From: Candidatus Adlerbacteria bacterium
GTDB lineage: Bacteria > Patescibacteriota > Minisyncoccia > Phycocordibacterales > SBAW01
NCBI GenBank assembly: GCA_903851045.1
Contig: CAINNF010000015.1
Coordinates: 96,644-160,643 of the forward strand
DNA: 64,000 bases
Direction: 5' to 3'
This document shows, piece by piece, positions 17,810 through 26,400 of this stretch. A program made the translations under genes and the position numbers. The notes beneath the pieces were generated by a model. That model was not told the origin of the DNA. It saw only the letters and a program-made list of their open reading frames with translations, and did no database searches. Numbering within the stretch: position 1 is the stretch's first letter; the number at the start of each line of letters is the position of its first letter.

Positions 17810-18946
17810 ATGGCTACTTTTGGCATCGATTATCTGACTGACTACTATGCGGTTCTGGGCGTGGCTCGAGACACCCCGAGGAACGAGATACGTGCGGCGT
17901 ATGTGCGTAAGCAGATGCAATACCATACGGACCGCTTCCCGGGGTTGGCGCCGGAGCTGCTCGCTGATGCGGCGGAAAAATCCAAACTCTTGAGCGAAGC
18001 GTACGCCATCGTCGGCGACGACGACAAGCGACGAGCATATGACGAACAGCTCGCGAATTGGACGGGGCCGCTCAGCGTACACGGCGGGAGCATAATCATC
18101 CTCGGCGAGTCGAACTTCTCGCTCAATACGCTCCTTGAGCATCTCACAATGGACCCCGAGACTCGTAAGCGAGAGGCGGAGAACCTGGCGTTGCAGTACT
18201 CGGGTTTCGACAAGGAAACGTACGAGTTCTTCCGTACACAAGCCAAGTCACCAGCGGGTATCCCACCGGCACTGAAGGCCGCATATTTCGAACAACTTTC
18301 GCGCCGCGACACGTATCTCGCTCTGCTCGAAAGTTTTATTTGGGAGAGTATGGGCCAGAACGAACACACCCCCACACCGCACATAGAATATGGTGCGCAA
18401 GCAACAGCTGCTATCACCGCGGTTAGAGCGCAGGCGCACCAAAGCGTGCGGCGAGAGGTCTTGTCTATCGCCGCTGGCGAACGAGCATTACTTCCCGCAC
18501 CAGACGGCATGGGCGAGAAAGTCGATGCTGGTCAGATGCTCGCGTACTACACCGCTCGACTGGACGAACATTTCGCTCAGCAAACGACTCTACTTGAGCC
18601 GATCGTCGCAGAACGCGAAGAGATTCTCACCACCCTCTTCGACTTGGGCGCACAGATCGAGTACCACCCCGACACGACCACCTACACCGATCGGGTCATG
18701 CTGGGGATGCTACGCGACGAAGAGATCGTCTGGAGGCTCGTGGTATTAGACGGCAACGCGGTGCGGATCCTCAGCCTGCCTGATGAGTTCGATCGATCGA
18801 TACGATCTGCCGCGCACGTATCCAAGAAATGGCTCTCTCGCGGATACACTGTACTCACCTTCCGAGTATTAAGGGAGATCGACGTCGAAGCTCAACTCAA
18901 TCGCATCGCCGACCTGCACGCTATGAAACGGAAGACTCAAGCGTAA
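17810..18946 (+). CDS. J-domain (DnaJ-like) protein with degenerate HPD motif (HTD) and uncharacterised C-terminal domain
   Basis: AGGAGG sits 6 nt upstream. DYYAVLGVARDTPRNEIRAAYVRKQMQYHTDRFPG...LSEAYAIVGDDDKRRAYD is a J-domain with HTD in place of HPD. Confidence 0.7.
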   Translation: MATFGIDYLTDYYAVLGVARDTPRNEIRAAYVRKQMQYHTDRFPGLAPELLADAAEKSKLLSEAYAIVGDDDKRRAYDEQLANWTGPLSVHGGSIIILGESNFSLNTLLEHLTMDPETRKREAENLALQYSGFDKETYEFFRTQAKSPAGIPPALKAAYFEQLSRRDTYLALLESFIWESMGQNEHTPTPHIEYGAQATAAITAVRAQAHQSVRREVLSIAAGERALLPAPDGMGEKVDAGQMLAYYTARLDEHFAQQTTLLEPIVAEREEILTTLFDLGAQIEYHPDTTTYTDRVMLGMLRDEEIVWRLVVLDGNAVRILSLPDEFDRSIRSAAHVSKKWLSRGYTVLTFRVLREIDVEAQLNRIADLHAMKRKTQA

Positions 18947-18969
18947 AGCATCAGCGATCGGGACCCCAC

Positions 18970-19005
18970 CGCTCACCATCATGGTGAGCGGTTCTTATTT
19001 CATAT
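18970..19005 (+). terminator. rho-independent terminator (CACCGCTCACC-atcatg-GTGAGCGGT + TCTTATTT)
   Basis: Stem-loop with a T-rich tail downstream of the J-domain gene. Confidence 0.6.
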
Positions 19006-19089
19006 CGTTCGTGAACACATAGACACAAACGACGAACTGTAGTATTTCTATAGTCGGCTGCACACGCTGAACCAACAGAGGAGGGTTCT

Positions 19090-19584
19090 ATGGAGATTAC
19101 TATGCATCCGAGGCAACTGTTGCTCGATGTGGTACGCGACATATACACGAACGGCACCACGAGCGGTTGGGGCAGGCTTGTGCGAGATCCTCCGGAAGGA
19201 AGCGCTCCGCTTGGTCGCGCGACCGATGAGATGCTCGCCCTCCTCGTTGGGTGCGACACCATCCTGACCGACCTCGAAACCTGCAGGTATCTTCTTGCAC
19301 AATTCGACGAAGGACGCACACCCTGTGGCAGGAGACTCAACGCCGCCGAGGCGATCATCCAGATCCAACTGACCGAGCAACACCAGGCCAGACTTCGTGG
19401 ATTGCTCGAAGCCTTCATTGGTTTATTCAATGGTGTGCTGGGAGGCGAACACCCAGGCCACCCGGCCGAGGGTGCATACACACTGACCGCAGAGCGACTT
19501 ATCTTTTTCACCCCCGGCGGACCCGCCTCAAAGATCCCGCCCGTACTCTCCATCCTTGGCGTATCCCCGGACGATCCCGATTAA
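19090..19584 (+). CDS. hypothetical protein (164 aa)
   Basis: GAGGAGG sits 5 nt upstream, and a terminator follows at 19622-19650. Confidence 0.55.
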   Translation: MEITMHPRQLLLDVVRDIYTNGTTSGWGRLVRDPPEGSAPLGRATDEMLALLVGCDTILTDLETCRYLLAQFDEGRTPCGRRLNAAEAIIQIQLTEQHQARLRGLLEAFIGLFNGVLGGEHPGHPAEGAYTLTAERLIFFTPGGPASKIPPVLSILGVSPDDPD

Positions 19585-19621
19585 GGCACAGTTACACTCG
19601 CTCGACCCCTCTCACAATCAA

Positions 19622-19650
19622 CGCCGCCCATTCAGGGGCGGCGTTTCTTT
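19622..19650 (+). terminator. rho-independent terminator (CGCCGCCC-attca-GGGGCGGCG + TTTCTTT)
   Basis: GC stem followed by a T-run. Confidence 0.7.
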
Positions 19651-19666
19651 AGAGTGAGAATTCACC
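19648..19666. repeat. 19-nt motif TTTAGAGTGAGAATTCACC (copy 1 of 2; second at 44001-44019)
   Basis: Both copies are identical and both lie immediately 3' of a terminator at the head of an intergenic region. Confidence 0.5.
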
Positions 19667-19766
19667 CATTCTTTTTTTGACAAAACTCAAGGAGTAAAAA
19701 ATATCACGGTTTTTTGCAACATACCGTTATCATCAAAACGGGTGGATAGGACGTGTGGGGGCCTCG

Positions 19767-20330
19767 TTAATAGAGCTCCGGATGTTTGAACGGGACAAGT
19801 GCCAAGACAACCGCTTCGCTAAATAGTTTGGTGCGCACGACCACGTCGCCCGTGAGGAGGCCGACCGCGCCGTTGTGCATCCCGGAGTTGTTGCGACCAA
19901 AGACCTGGTCGTCGGCTTCGCCGAGCGTCTTGCCATCATTCACCAACTGGGCAACCTTTGGCGGCAAGAAAAAAGTCCCCGTACGCCCCTTGCCATAGAC
20001 GCCACCCCGGGACTTCACCACCACCCACCCAAAGGCGACCATCTCCTCGCTTACTTGTGGTGAGCTTGTCGCACTCATCACTTGCACGCCGCCTTCAAGC
20101 CCAACCCAAAAGTCCGCATCCGGCGCTGCCACCGACGCGGCATCGACACGATTGCGCGCACCCACGAGCGTCTCGACGTCGCTGCGCGGCTGCTCATCCA
20201 CACCCGACGGCACCGACACGCCACGGATATCAAACGTCTCTTCGGGGAACATCCGCTCCAACCCGTCGAGCACGGCAGCGATCTTCACCCGGTTCTCGGA
20301 TGCGACGACAACTTTTTTCATACCCCTCAA
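19767..20330 (-). CDS. yjjX: inosine/xanthosine triphosphatase (YjjX-family non-canonical NTP phosphatase)
   Basis: Strong collinear similarity to E. coli YjjX (ENRVKIAAV..., ADFWVGLEGGV, FSEAVVLALVPFKHPELY). Confidence 0.8.
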   Translation of the reverse strand: MRGMKKVVVASENRVKIAAVLDGLERMFPEETFDIRGVSVPSGVDEQPRSDVETLVGARNRVDAASVAAPDADFWVGLEGGVQVMSATSSPQVSEEMVAFGWVVVKSRGGVYGKGRTGTFFLPPKVAQLVNDGKTLGEADDQVFGRNNSGMHNGAVGLLTGDVVVRTKLFSEAVVLALVPFKHPELY

Positions 20331-20449
20331 GTGTACTACACCTCACGCAAGCATCTGAGTGACGAGTGCGACCATGGACTTTTTTGAGTATTGCTATATA
20401 ACAGATGCGGACGAAAGTAGCCTTCAGTAACTCGCACAAGGGAGGGCGC

Positions 20450-20911
20450 ATGAGCGGGACGAGAGACAGTTGCACGTGCGCACGATGCCAAGCGCAGTGT
20501 GCGCACAAGCCGGGGTGGCTCATACCCCGAGACGTCGACCGGATAGCCGCATACCTAGGGCTCTCGGTCGAACAACTTTTTTCGTGTCTTCTGGTGGTGG
20601 ATGTCTGGTCAGGGAGACGTCGTGACATCTACACACTCTCCCCCGCCATCGAACATATCGAAGCCGGTGGGGTGCTTGAAGTTTCTGCGTATACGGGGCG
20701 ATGCGTCTTTCTCGTGAATGGGCTTTGCAGTATTCACGAAGTAAAACCGTATGAATGCAGAAGAGCCTTCCACGAAAAAGACGGGCGTAACGCCCACGCC
20801 GTCGCCATGCTCGCATGGAGCAGTCGACGACATCAGACCACGATTCATGACCTACTTGATGAGATTCACGCACTCAGACGCCCATCCCCGTTCAAAGGAG
20901 AAGTCCTCTAA
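20450..20911 (+). CDS. YkgJ-family cysteine-cluster (CxxCxxCC-type zinc/iron-sulfur) protein
   Basis: GGGAGGG SD. Contains CTCARCQAQC and CVFLVNGLCSIHEVKPYECRRAF motifs. Confidence 0.7.
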   Translation: MSGTRDSCTCARCQAQCAHKPGWLIPRDVDRIAAYLGLSVEQLFSCLLVVDVWSGRRRDIYTLSPAIEHIEAGGVLEVSAYTGRCVFLVNGLCSIHEVKPYECRRAFHEKDGRNAHAVAMLAWSSRRHQTTIHDLLDEIHALRRPSPFKGEVL

Positions 20912-20914
20912 TAA

Positions 20915-20942
20915 GCCGCCCCGCAGTGGGCGGCATTTTCAT
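20915..20942 (+). terminator. rho-independent terminator (GCCGCCC-cgcagt-GGGCGGC + ATTTTCAT)
   Basis: Stem-loop with a T-run after ykgJ-like. Confidence 0.65.
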
Positions 20943-21013
20943 GTCACATGGAGGGTATCGTTTTTACGCAAGCATTTTTGGAATATGCTTTTATTGCATA
21001 ATGCTTTCACCCC

Positions 21014-21048
21014 TCCCGCGAAACATCCCCCCGCAGCTCGATAGCTCC
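21014..21048. repeat. 35-bp direct repeat, copy A (TCCCGCGAAACATCCCCCCGCAGCTCGATAGCTCC)
   Basis: 34 of 35 positions are identical to copy B at 22606-22640. Together they bracket the purC-purE fusion gene. Confidence 0.8.
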
Positions 21049-21093
21049 CTTCGGGTCGACTTCTACATACTATCAACGTAGACACAAGACGAA

Positions 21094-21124
21094 ACGGCAC
21101 GACCCCAATGGGGTCGTGCCGTTG
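21094..21124. terminator. hairpin terminator (ACGGCACGACCCC-aat-GGGGTCGTGCCGT) 3' of the purC-purE gene
   Basis: 13-bp perfect stem with T-rich flanks. Confidence 0.6.
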
Positions 21125-21149
21125 TTGTTTGGAGAACGATAGACAATAG

Positions 21150-22481
21150 TCAGTGAGCGCCCTCCAGCCGATCTTCCAGCTTCCCTGCCAGGAGGCTGTA
21201 GAAGAACGGATTGCGCGTGGCGAGAATCTGCAGAGCCGCCAAGAGTGCGTTCCCGGGACTGAGCACAGTGCTCACCGGGACGCCGCTCGGCATCCGCAAC
21301 GAAGACCAGACATCCTCAGAGAAACTGCCGACGGTTGCAGGAACCGTGATAACCGGAGCGACCGACGCAGCCGACAACAGAGGCCCGGCAGCGTTGCTCA
21401 TGCCGACGTACGCGATAACCACCGAGCTTGGCACCTCTTGGAGCATCCGCCGAAGGGTCGCGAGCGCCCGCTCCGGTTCCTTGTGGGCGGAGCAAGTTAC
21501 GATCGGCATAACGAAGTTCTGAGGCAACAATGCACCAAGCGCTTCACACGCCCTATGGAACACCTCAACATCGTCCGACTCCGACCCACGCCACAGAATG
21601 ATCCTCTGGCGAGGAAGGTGGAATCGGTCGGTGAGTTCGGCAACCAGCCGATACTTGGCGAGCACGTCATCAAGTGCACCACCATCGCGGTAAGCTTGCT
21701 TGTCGATGTACGCGCCGTTATCGAGAACGCGCCATGAATCATTATCGATGACGTCGGCAAGAAGCAAAGCGCCGCCCGAAGTAAGACCGAACTCCACCTT
21801 AAAGTCGACGAGAGTGCGGCCTTCAAGTTGCCACGCTTTCTCCAACACGAGGAATGCCTGACGAGCAATGCGAGCCATCTTGTCGAAGAGCGCAGCTTCG
21901 TTATCGACAGTAAAGACTTCCGCGTCGCTGAGCACGAGGAACGGCTTCGCGCCATGGATCGGCTTCGCGGGGTCGTACAGGCAGATCCTCGGCTCGTCGG
22001 CGTTTGGATCATAGATCATGAGCGGATCGTCGCACGGCAATGCACATTCGCCCCAACGCTTACCGTTCGTCTTAAGATAGAACTCGACGACAAGTCGCGG
22101 GAAGAGGTGACCCTTGGAGATGTGCGGATGTCGCTTAAGAAAGGACCCGTGCGCCTCGCGCCGGACCACCACTTCGTACGGGAGCATGTCGCAAAGGTGT
22201 GCGACGAACGACGTTGGGTCGCGCTGAAGTATGTACGCGACCGGAAGGCCGCACGCACTCAACAGTCGAAATACGTTGGAGGTCGTTCGAGTCGCGAGCG
22301 CCGCCTTGCCCGACAGGATGTCGTGCTTAGCACCATCACCCGCAGTGATATCGTCTTTTGCGGCGAGGACTCCTAGACCAGGCCGTCCTTTGACCGCAAA
22401 AACTCGCTTGGTCTTACCTTCGGCGAGCAGCTCGCCGTTCGGATAGGCGAAGATGAGATCATCGGCTGTCTGATTATTCAT
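21150..22481 (-). CDS. bifunctional SAICAR synthetase (PurC) / AIR carboxylase-mutase (PurE-class) fusion, PAICS/ADE2-like architecture
   Basis: N-terminal half: GKTKRVF, DDITAGDGAK, VDFKVEFGL (PurC). C-terminal half: RIILWRGSESD, AYVGMSNAAGPLLSAASVAPVITVPATVGSF, MPSGVPVSTVLSPGNALLAALQILA (PurE). ATG at 22479-22481. Confidence 0.8.
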   Translation of the reverse strand: MNNQTADDLIFAYPNGELLAEGKTKRVFAVKGRPGLGVLAAKDDITAGDGAKHDILSGKAALATRTTSNVFRLLSACGLPVAYILQRDPTSFVAHLCDMLPYEVVVRREAHGSFLKRHPHISKGHLFPRLVVEFYLKTNGKRWGECALPCDDPLMIYDPNADEPRICLYDPAKPIHGAKPFLVLSDAEVFTVDNEAALFDKMARIARQAFLVLEKAWQLEGRTLVDFKVEFGLTSGGALLLADVIDNDSWRVLDNGAYIDKQAYRDGGALDDVLAKYRLVAELTDRFHLPRQRIILWRGSESDDVEVFHRACEALGALLPQNFVMPIVTCSAHKEPERALATLRRMLQEVPSSVVIAYVGMSNAAGPLLSAASVAPVITVPATVGSFSEDVWSSLRMPSGVPVSTVLSPGNALLAALQILATRNPFFYSLLAGKLEDRLEGAH

Positions 22482-22605
22482 CACCATTCCCCTTTCGTGG
22501 GATATGTGGTTGATCGAAAGAAACAAGTCCAAAAATACCCTACTCGAAAAACAGAGGCTTCGCAACAACACTAAAGGCGCTCACCAAATAGTTGCACCTT
22601 AACCT

Positions 22606-22640
22606 TCCCGCGAAACATCTCCCCGCAGCTCGATAGCTCC
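22606..22640. repeat. 35-bp direct repeat, copy B (TCCCGCGAAACATCTCCCCGCAGCTCGATAGCTCC)
   Basis: See copy A. Lies in the divergent region upstream of the purC-purE gene. Confidence 0.8.
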
Positions 22641-22736
22641 GTTCTTGGCCTGGCATACATGGTCGTCGCAGGTGTCTTTACATACAATAATAAATATGTT
22701 ACATAAGTACTGGCAACCTGTTCTGGGAGAACAACC

Positions 22737-23357
22737 ATGCGTTTTGTGTTCGGTACGCGTTTTGCGTTGTGGATCGTTGTGTGGGCAGCGATCACCATCA
22801 CCTTGACCACTTGGGTTACCGCTTTGCTTATCGCGTGGGGTTTGGACGATACTCAGTCTGTCCTCGACCCGAGTGCGCACCTGTACGTCCTGCGCCAGTT
22901 TGTCTGGTGTATGGAGCTGTTCGCCTATGGCTCAATGGGGTGGAATGCGCTCGCAGGCGGTTACCTGATGCTCATGGTGCTTGGCATGCTGCTGGTTGGC
23001 GACCTTGGCATTCAGTTCGGGCTCTTCAAGAATGAGCTCGGCGAGATCGACAAGGTGCAAAACCGCGTTCTGCACTACTGCACCGTTCTCTTCCTCATCC
23101 AGGCCTACATCGGCGTCGGGAGCTGGATGATTCTGTACTTCATCAGCGAGCCCAGCGCTCACCTGGCGTCGATGACCCTGATTGAGGGCTCGAGGAGGCT
23201 GTTGTTTACGATTGGTGCACCCGTCCTCGTGATCATGAGCGGTCTGTACATGATGGATTTCCTGGGCAAGCAGTACATCATCGGCACCGCACCCCCGCGC
23301 TGGCTCCCCTCCCCCGAGCTTCGCGCCCGCATGCGCCGCTTCGGCCTGGGGCAGTAA
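22737..23357 (+). CDS. polytopic membrane protein (hypothetical)
   Basis: SD GGGAGAA. 5-6 TM helices. Terminator hairpins at 23383-23420. Confidence 0.55.
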   Translation: MRFVFGTRFALWIVVWAAITITLTTWVTALLIAWGLDDTQSVLDPSAHLYVLRQFVWCMELFAYGSMGWNALAGGYLMLMVLGMLLVGDLGIQFGLFKNELGEIDKVQNRVLHYCTVLFLIQAYIGVGSWMILYFISEPSAHLASMTLIEGSRRLLFTIGAPVLVIMSGLYMMDFLGKQYIIGTAPPRWLPSPELRARMRRFGLGQ

Positions 23358-23469
23358 TCCCAACCCCCGCCTCGTGCAAAGACTCGACACAAAGTCCTTG
23401 CACCAGCGGGGACTTTTTTATATGAAGTTCGTTCAACTAACGCAGTCAGACTACGTTAGTTCCAAGAAG

Positions 23470-25248
23470 CTAGAGCGTTTCGATAATTTTTGAAAGTAGC
23501 TGAGTTATACGCACTTTTGTTGTGTCAGAAAAATTACTCAATTTTATTTTCTCTTCATTGACTCCTATCATAAAATCTCTAGCGACAATAACTTTAGATA
23601 GCTTTGCAGCTTTCATAAACTCAGAATTTGTCGTAGCCTCATGGTTAGCATTATTTGATTTGAGGACAACATGATTAAACTCATCTCGAGAAAAAAGATC
23701 TTCAATTCCTTGGCAACCGTCGATCTTTATAAGTTTTTTCTCCTCACAGACCATGGAATCCTTTAGCTCTTTAAGAACTTTTCGTCCATGAGGTTCATCA
23801 TCAAGCACAATTGAAAAACTAAGCCCCCAACCGAGCATGAGATTTGCCAACAAAGGGAGATTCGCGCATCCGGTAGCTGGCAAAAAATTGACAGTCTCAC
23901 TTTTTGAACAAAGTTTCCAAAAAGCTTTAAAATAAAAAAACGCTGATATCTCTTCCAACAAAACATTATTACTTCTAGAAATCACAGTCTGATGAGATAC
24001 GTCTATCCCCATGTTTGTGTAGAGAGGCATCAAAGTGTCCATAGAGGCGCTTCCGAGGTCTTGAAAAGGAATAATTCTTGTCTCACTTTTTTCATCCTCA
24101 GTATCTGTTCGCTCAATTGCCAAGATACGATAGACCTTATCCATATCCAGCAAATACGGAGAATGGGTCGTGAAAATTATTTGAAGATTTTTCCTTTGCT
24201 TCTCAAACACCCTAAGGATATCCTCCTGCGCTTTGGCGTGTAGATTAGCTCCCGGTTCGTCTATCAAGAAAACCCTGCCTCCCCCTCTCCTCGCAGAAGC
24301 CTCAAGTTTTAAATAAAACGAAATAAACCATTTAACCCCCTTGCTTCGCTGGGCTGGAGACTGGCGCCCATTCTTATCCCTAATCCAAAATATAAGGTAT
24401 GGTTGTCCGGGTTTACCTAACTCTGAACTCTTGTGGTATTTTAACTCCAAGACGATCTCTATTTTGTCTTTCTTCCCAACCGTCTGGTGCCAATATTTTT
24501 GCAATTCAACATTTACCTTTTTACTTTGCACTTCGAGAAAGTCATCAATGAGGCGGACACTCGAAGGATTCAATAGATCCTCTATCTTTACGTCAGCTAT
24601 ATATAGAAAATTCTTTGCACCCTCATAGCCTAGAGCTTTTGTGTTTTTCTTCACTAAATCATCGAGATCAATTGTGGGAGGGAGTAAGCTGTCTTCTTTA
24701 AATATGTCTATACTTGGCAAACTATTAAATAATTCATCCACAAAATCACTTTCCTTTATTAAAACAAGTCTTTCGACTCGCTCAGAGATTTCTTCTAGAC
24801 TTTGGGTGGTGGTGTTATTTCCAACCTGGCTCTTTTCAGCCTCGGCAAAATTCTGCCACACACCTCTTAACTCTTCGTTCTCTAGAACCAACTCACCACC
24901 CTCGTAGTTGCCTGACTCCCATACCCTTTTCAAAGCAATACACTTTCCAATTTTCTCAAAGACTTTTTTGAAATTTTTAGGTAATTCTTTACCTTCAGAT
25001 AAACACTCTTGGAGTTCTTCGAGACTATCGAACTTAAAAATACAGGTAACTTCTGGCATTAAACCAGTGCTCCGAATATCATCTTGGTATACGTCCCCGG
25101 TTTCAAAGGCATGGATACCATCCAATACCGAAGATTTTCCTGACTCGTTTTGTCCAACAATAAGCGAAATCCCATCTGGTGACAAATCCTGAAATCCAGT
25201 ATCAATAATTGATCGAAAGTTTTGAATCCTGAATGCTTGTAATCGCAT
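23470..25248 (-). CDS. OLD-family endonuclease-like protein: N-terminal ABC-type ATPase (AAA_15/21-like) + C-terminal TOPRIM-like domain; AT-rich island
   Basis: N-terminus MRLQAFRIQNFRSI; Walker A GQNESGKSS; Walker B/D-loop RVFLIDEPGANLH; H-loop IIFTTHSP. C-terminal VLLEEISAF and IVLDDEPHG are TOPRIM-like E and DxD motifs. GC is about 40%, against about 56% in the flanks. Confidence 0.8.
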   Translation of the reverse strand: MRLQAFRIQNFRSIIDTGFQDLSPDGISLIVGQNESGKSSVLDGIHAFETGDVYQDDIRSTGLMPEVTCIFKFDSLEELQECLSEGKELPKNFKKVFEKIGKCIALKRVWESGNYEGGELVLENEELRGVWQNFAEAEKSQVGNNTTTQSLEEISERVERLVLIKESDFVDELFNSLPSIDIFKEDSLLPPTIDLDDLVKKNTKALGYEGAKNFLYIADVKIEDLLNPSSVRLIDDFLEVQSKKVNVELQKYWHQTVGKKDKIEIVLELKYHKSSELGKPGQPYLIFWIRDKNGRQSPAQRSKGVKWFISFYLKLEASARRGGGRVFLIDEPGANLHAKAQEDILRVFEKQRKNLQIIFTTHSPYLLDMDKVYRILAIERTDTEDEKSETRIIPFQDLGSASMDTLMPLYTNMGIDVSHQTVISRSNNVLLEEISAFFYFKAFWKLCSKSETVNFLPATGCANLPLLANLMLGWGLSFSIVLDDEPHGRKVLKELKDSMVCEEKKLIKIDGCQGIEDLFSRDEFNHVVLKSNNANHEATTNSEFMKAAKLSKVIVARDFMIGVNEEKIKLSNFSDTTKVRITQLLSKIIETL

Positions 25249-25298
25249 AATGGTACAAATCTACCACATTCCTTTAAATAAAATAGCAACAAGACATA

Positions 25299-25964
25299 TT
25301 ACTTCGGATTTTTGATGAGCCCGACCACTTTGCCGCTGATGGAGAAGTCATCGTCTTCGTGGATATAAATGGGCTCGTAGTCGAGGGAGGACTCGGCTTT
25401 GAGGACTATTTGGTCGTTTTCTTTTCGGTCGTCTATGTAGCGCTTGATGGTGGCTTTGTTGTCGACCAAGGCTAGGACTATGTCGCCGGTTGAGGCAGTG
25501 CGGCTTTCGCTGTCGACTATGACATAGTCGCCGTCGTCGATGCACTTCTCGCCCACCTTCGCGCGGTTCATGGAGAGGCCGTCGGTTTTGATGGCGTAGA
25601 GGCCGCGCGGGCGGGAGCGGCCGACGAGGCGGCTGGAGACGCGGAGGAAGCCTTGGAAGTTCGCCTCCGCGAAGATAGTCGCGGGGCCGCAGTTGGCGGT
25701 GCCTATGACGGGGATAGAGAACATGCTCGTTTTGTTTTCAAGCAAGCCCTTGGACCATGTCGGCGTCGTGGCGGCGCGGGTCATCACGCCTTTGGCGCGG
25801 TCGAGCGTGACGAAGCCTTTTTTCTCGAGCTGGAGAAGGTGGTGTTTGATCTTCTGCGGAGCCTCCTGGGGGGCGCCTATGAGCCGCGCGACATCACGAA
25901 GCGAGAGCTTCGCTAAATTTTCGCTACGGGAGAGCTCGAGTATTTTCTCTTGGATCTCGTGCAT
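25299..25964 (-). CDS. lexA: LexA-like repressor (N-terminal LexA wHTH + C-terminal S24 peptidase)
   Basis: IQEKILELS...HLLQLEKKGFVTL is a LexA DNA-binding domain. GLSMNRA (Ser) and KRY (Lys) form the S24 catalytic dyad. It is 50 nt upstream of the OLD gene on the same strand. Confidence 0.8.
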   Translation of the reverse strand: MHEIQEKILELSRSENLAKLSLRDVARLIGAPQEAPQKIKHHLLQLEKKGFVTLDRAKGVMTRAATTPTWSKGLLENKTSMFSIPVIGTANCGPATIFAEANFQGFLRVSSRLVGRSRPRGLYAIKTDGLSMNRAKVGEKCIDDGDYVIVDSESRTASTGDIVLALVDNKATIKRYIDDRKENDQIVLKAESSLDYEPIYIHEDDDFSISGKVVGLIKNPK

Positions 25965-26379
25965 ACAAAGAAGTGTACCACAGCGAAGTTATACAGCAAG
26001 TACTGTACATACGACTTGACGTTCTTTACACCCTTGCTACGATTAAAGAGTTCTCGGGACCATTAGTCTCCTCGCGAGAAGTCGAGTCGCGAGCGCGAGG
26101 ACCAACACATGACACGCATGCCATCGAGCAAGCGAGGGGCGAAGGGCACACCCCACCACGTGGTGACCGGCAGGCCAACCACCGCACAGTACGCAGCGCT
26201 CCACCCGGAGAAGGTGCAGTGGGTGAAGCAGGCACGGCAAGGGGCCGGGGCGTTAGACTAGGTGCACCGGTGCAAGAGCGAAAAGAAAAGTACACGAGAG
26301 GGACCCGCGCGAGGAGGTGAACACTCACCTATTCACGCGGGTTTTCTATATATCACTGACAGGTGGACAAAGGAAAAGC

Positions 26380-26400
26380 CCATGCCGATGCATGGGCCAA
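26380..26400 (-). terminator. rho-independent terminator (GCCCATGC-atcg-GCATGGGC + TTTTCCTTT on minus strand)
   Basis: Follows the stop of the IMPase-family gene on the minus strand. Confidence 0.65.

Noticed and set aside
18951-19553. 200-aa minus-strand ORF
   Set aside because: Antisense to gene 19090-19584, which has a strong SD and terminator. Its translation is Ser/Pro/Ala-rich with no start context.
20751-21044. 97-aa plus ORF ending in the direct repeat
   Set aside because: Overlaps the ykgJ-like gene out of frame and runs through its terminator. Considered as a possible gene explaining the repeat, but there is no SD and the translation is non-protein-like.
26026-26328. ORFs in the GC-rich lexA upstream region (25973..26320+, 26026..26328-, 26043..26240-)
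   Set aside because: Arg/Pro/Gly-rich translations typical of non-coding high-GC DNA. No SD. They overlap one another on both strands.
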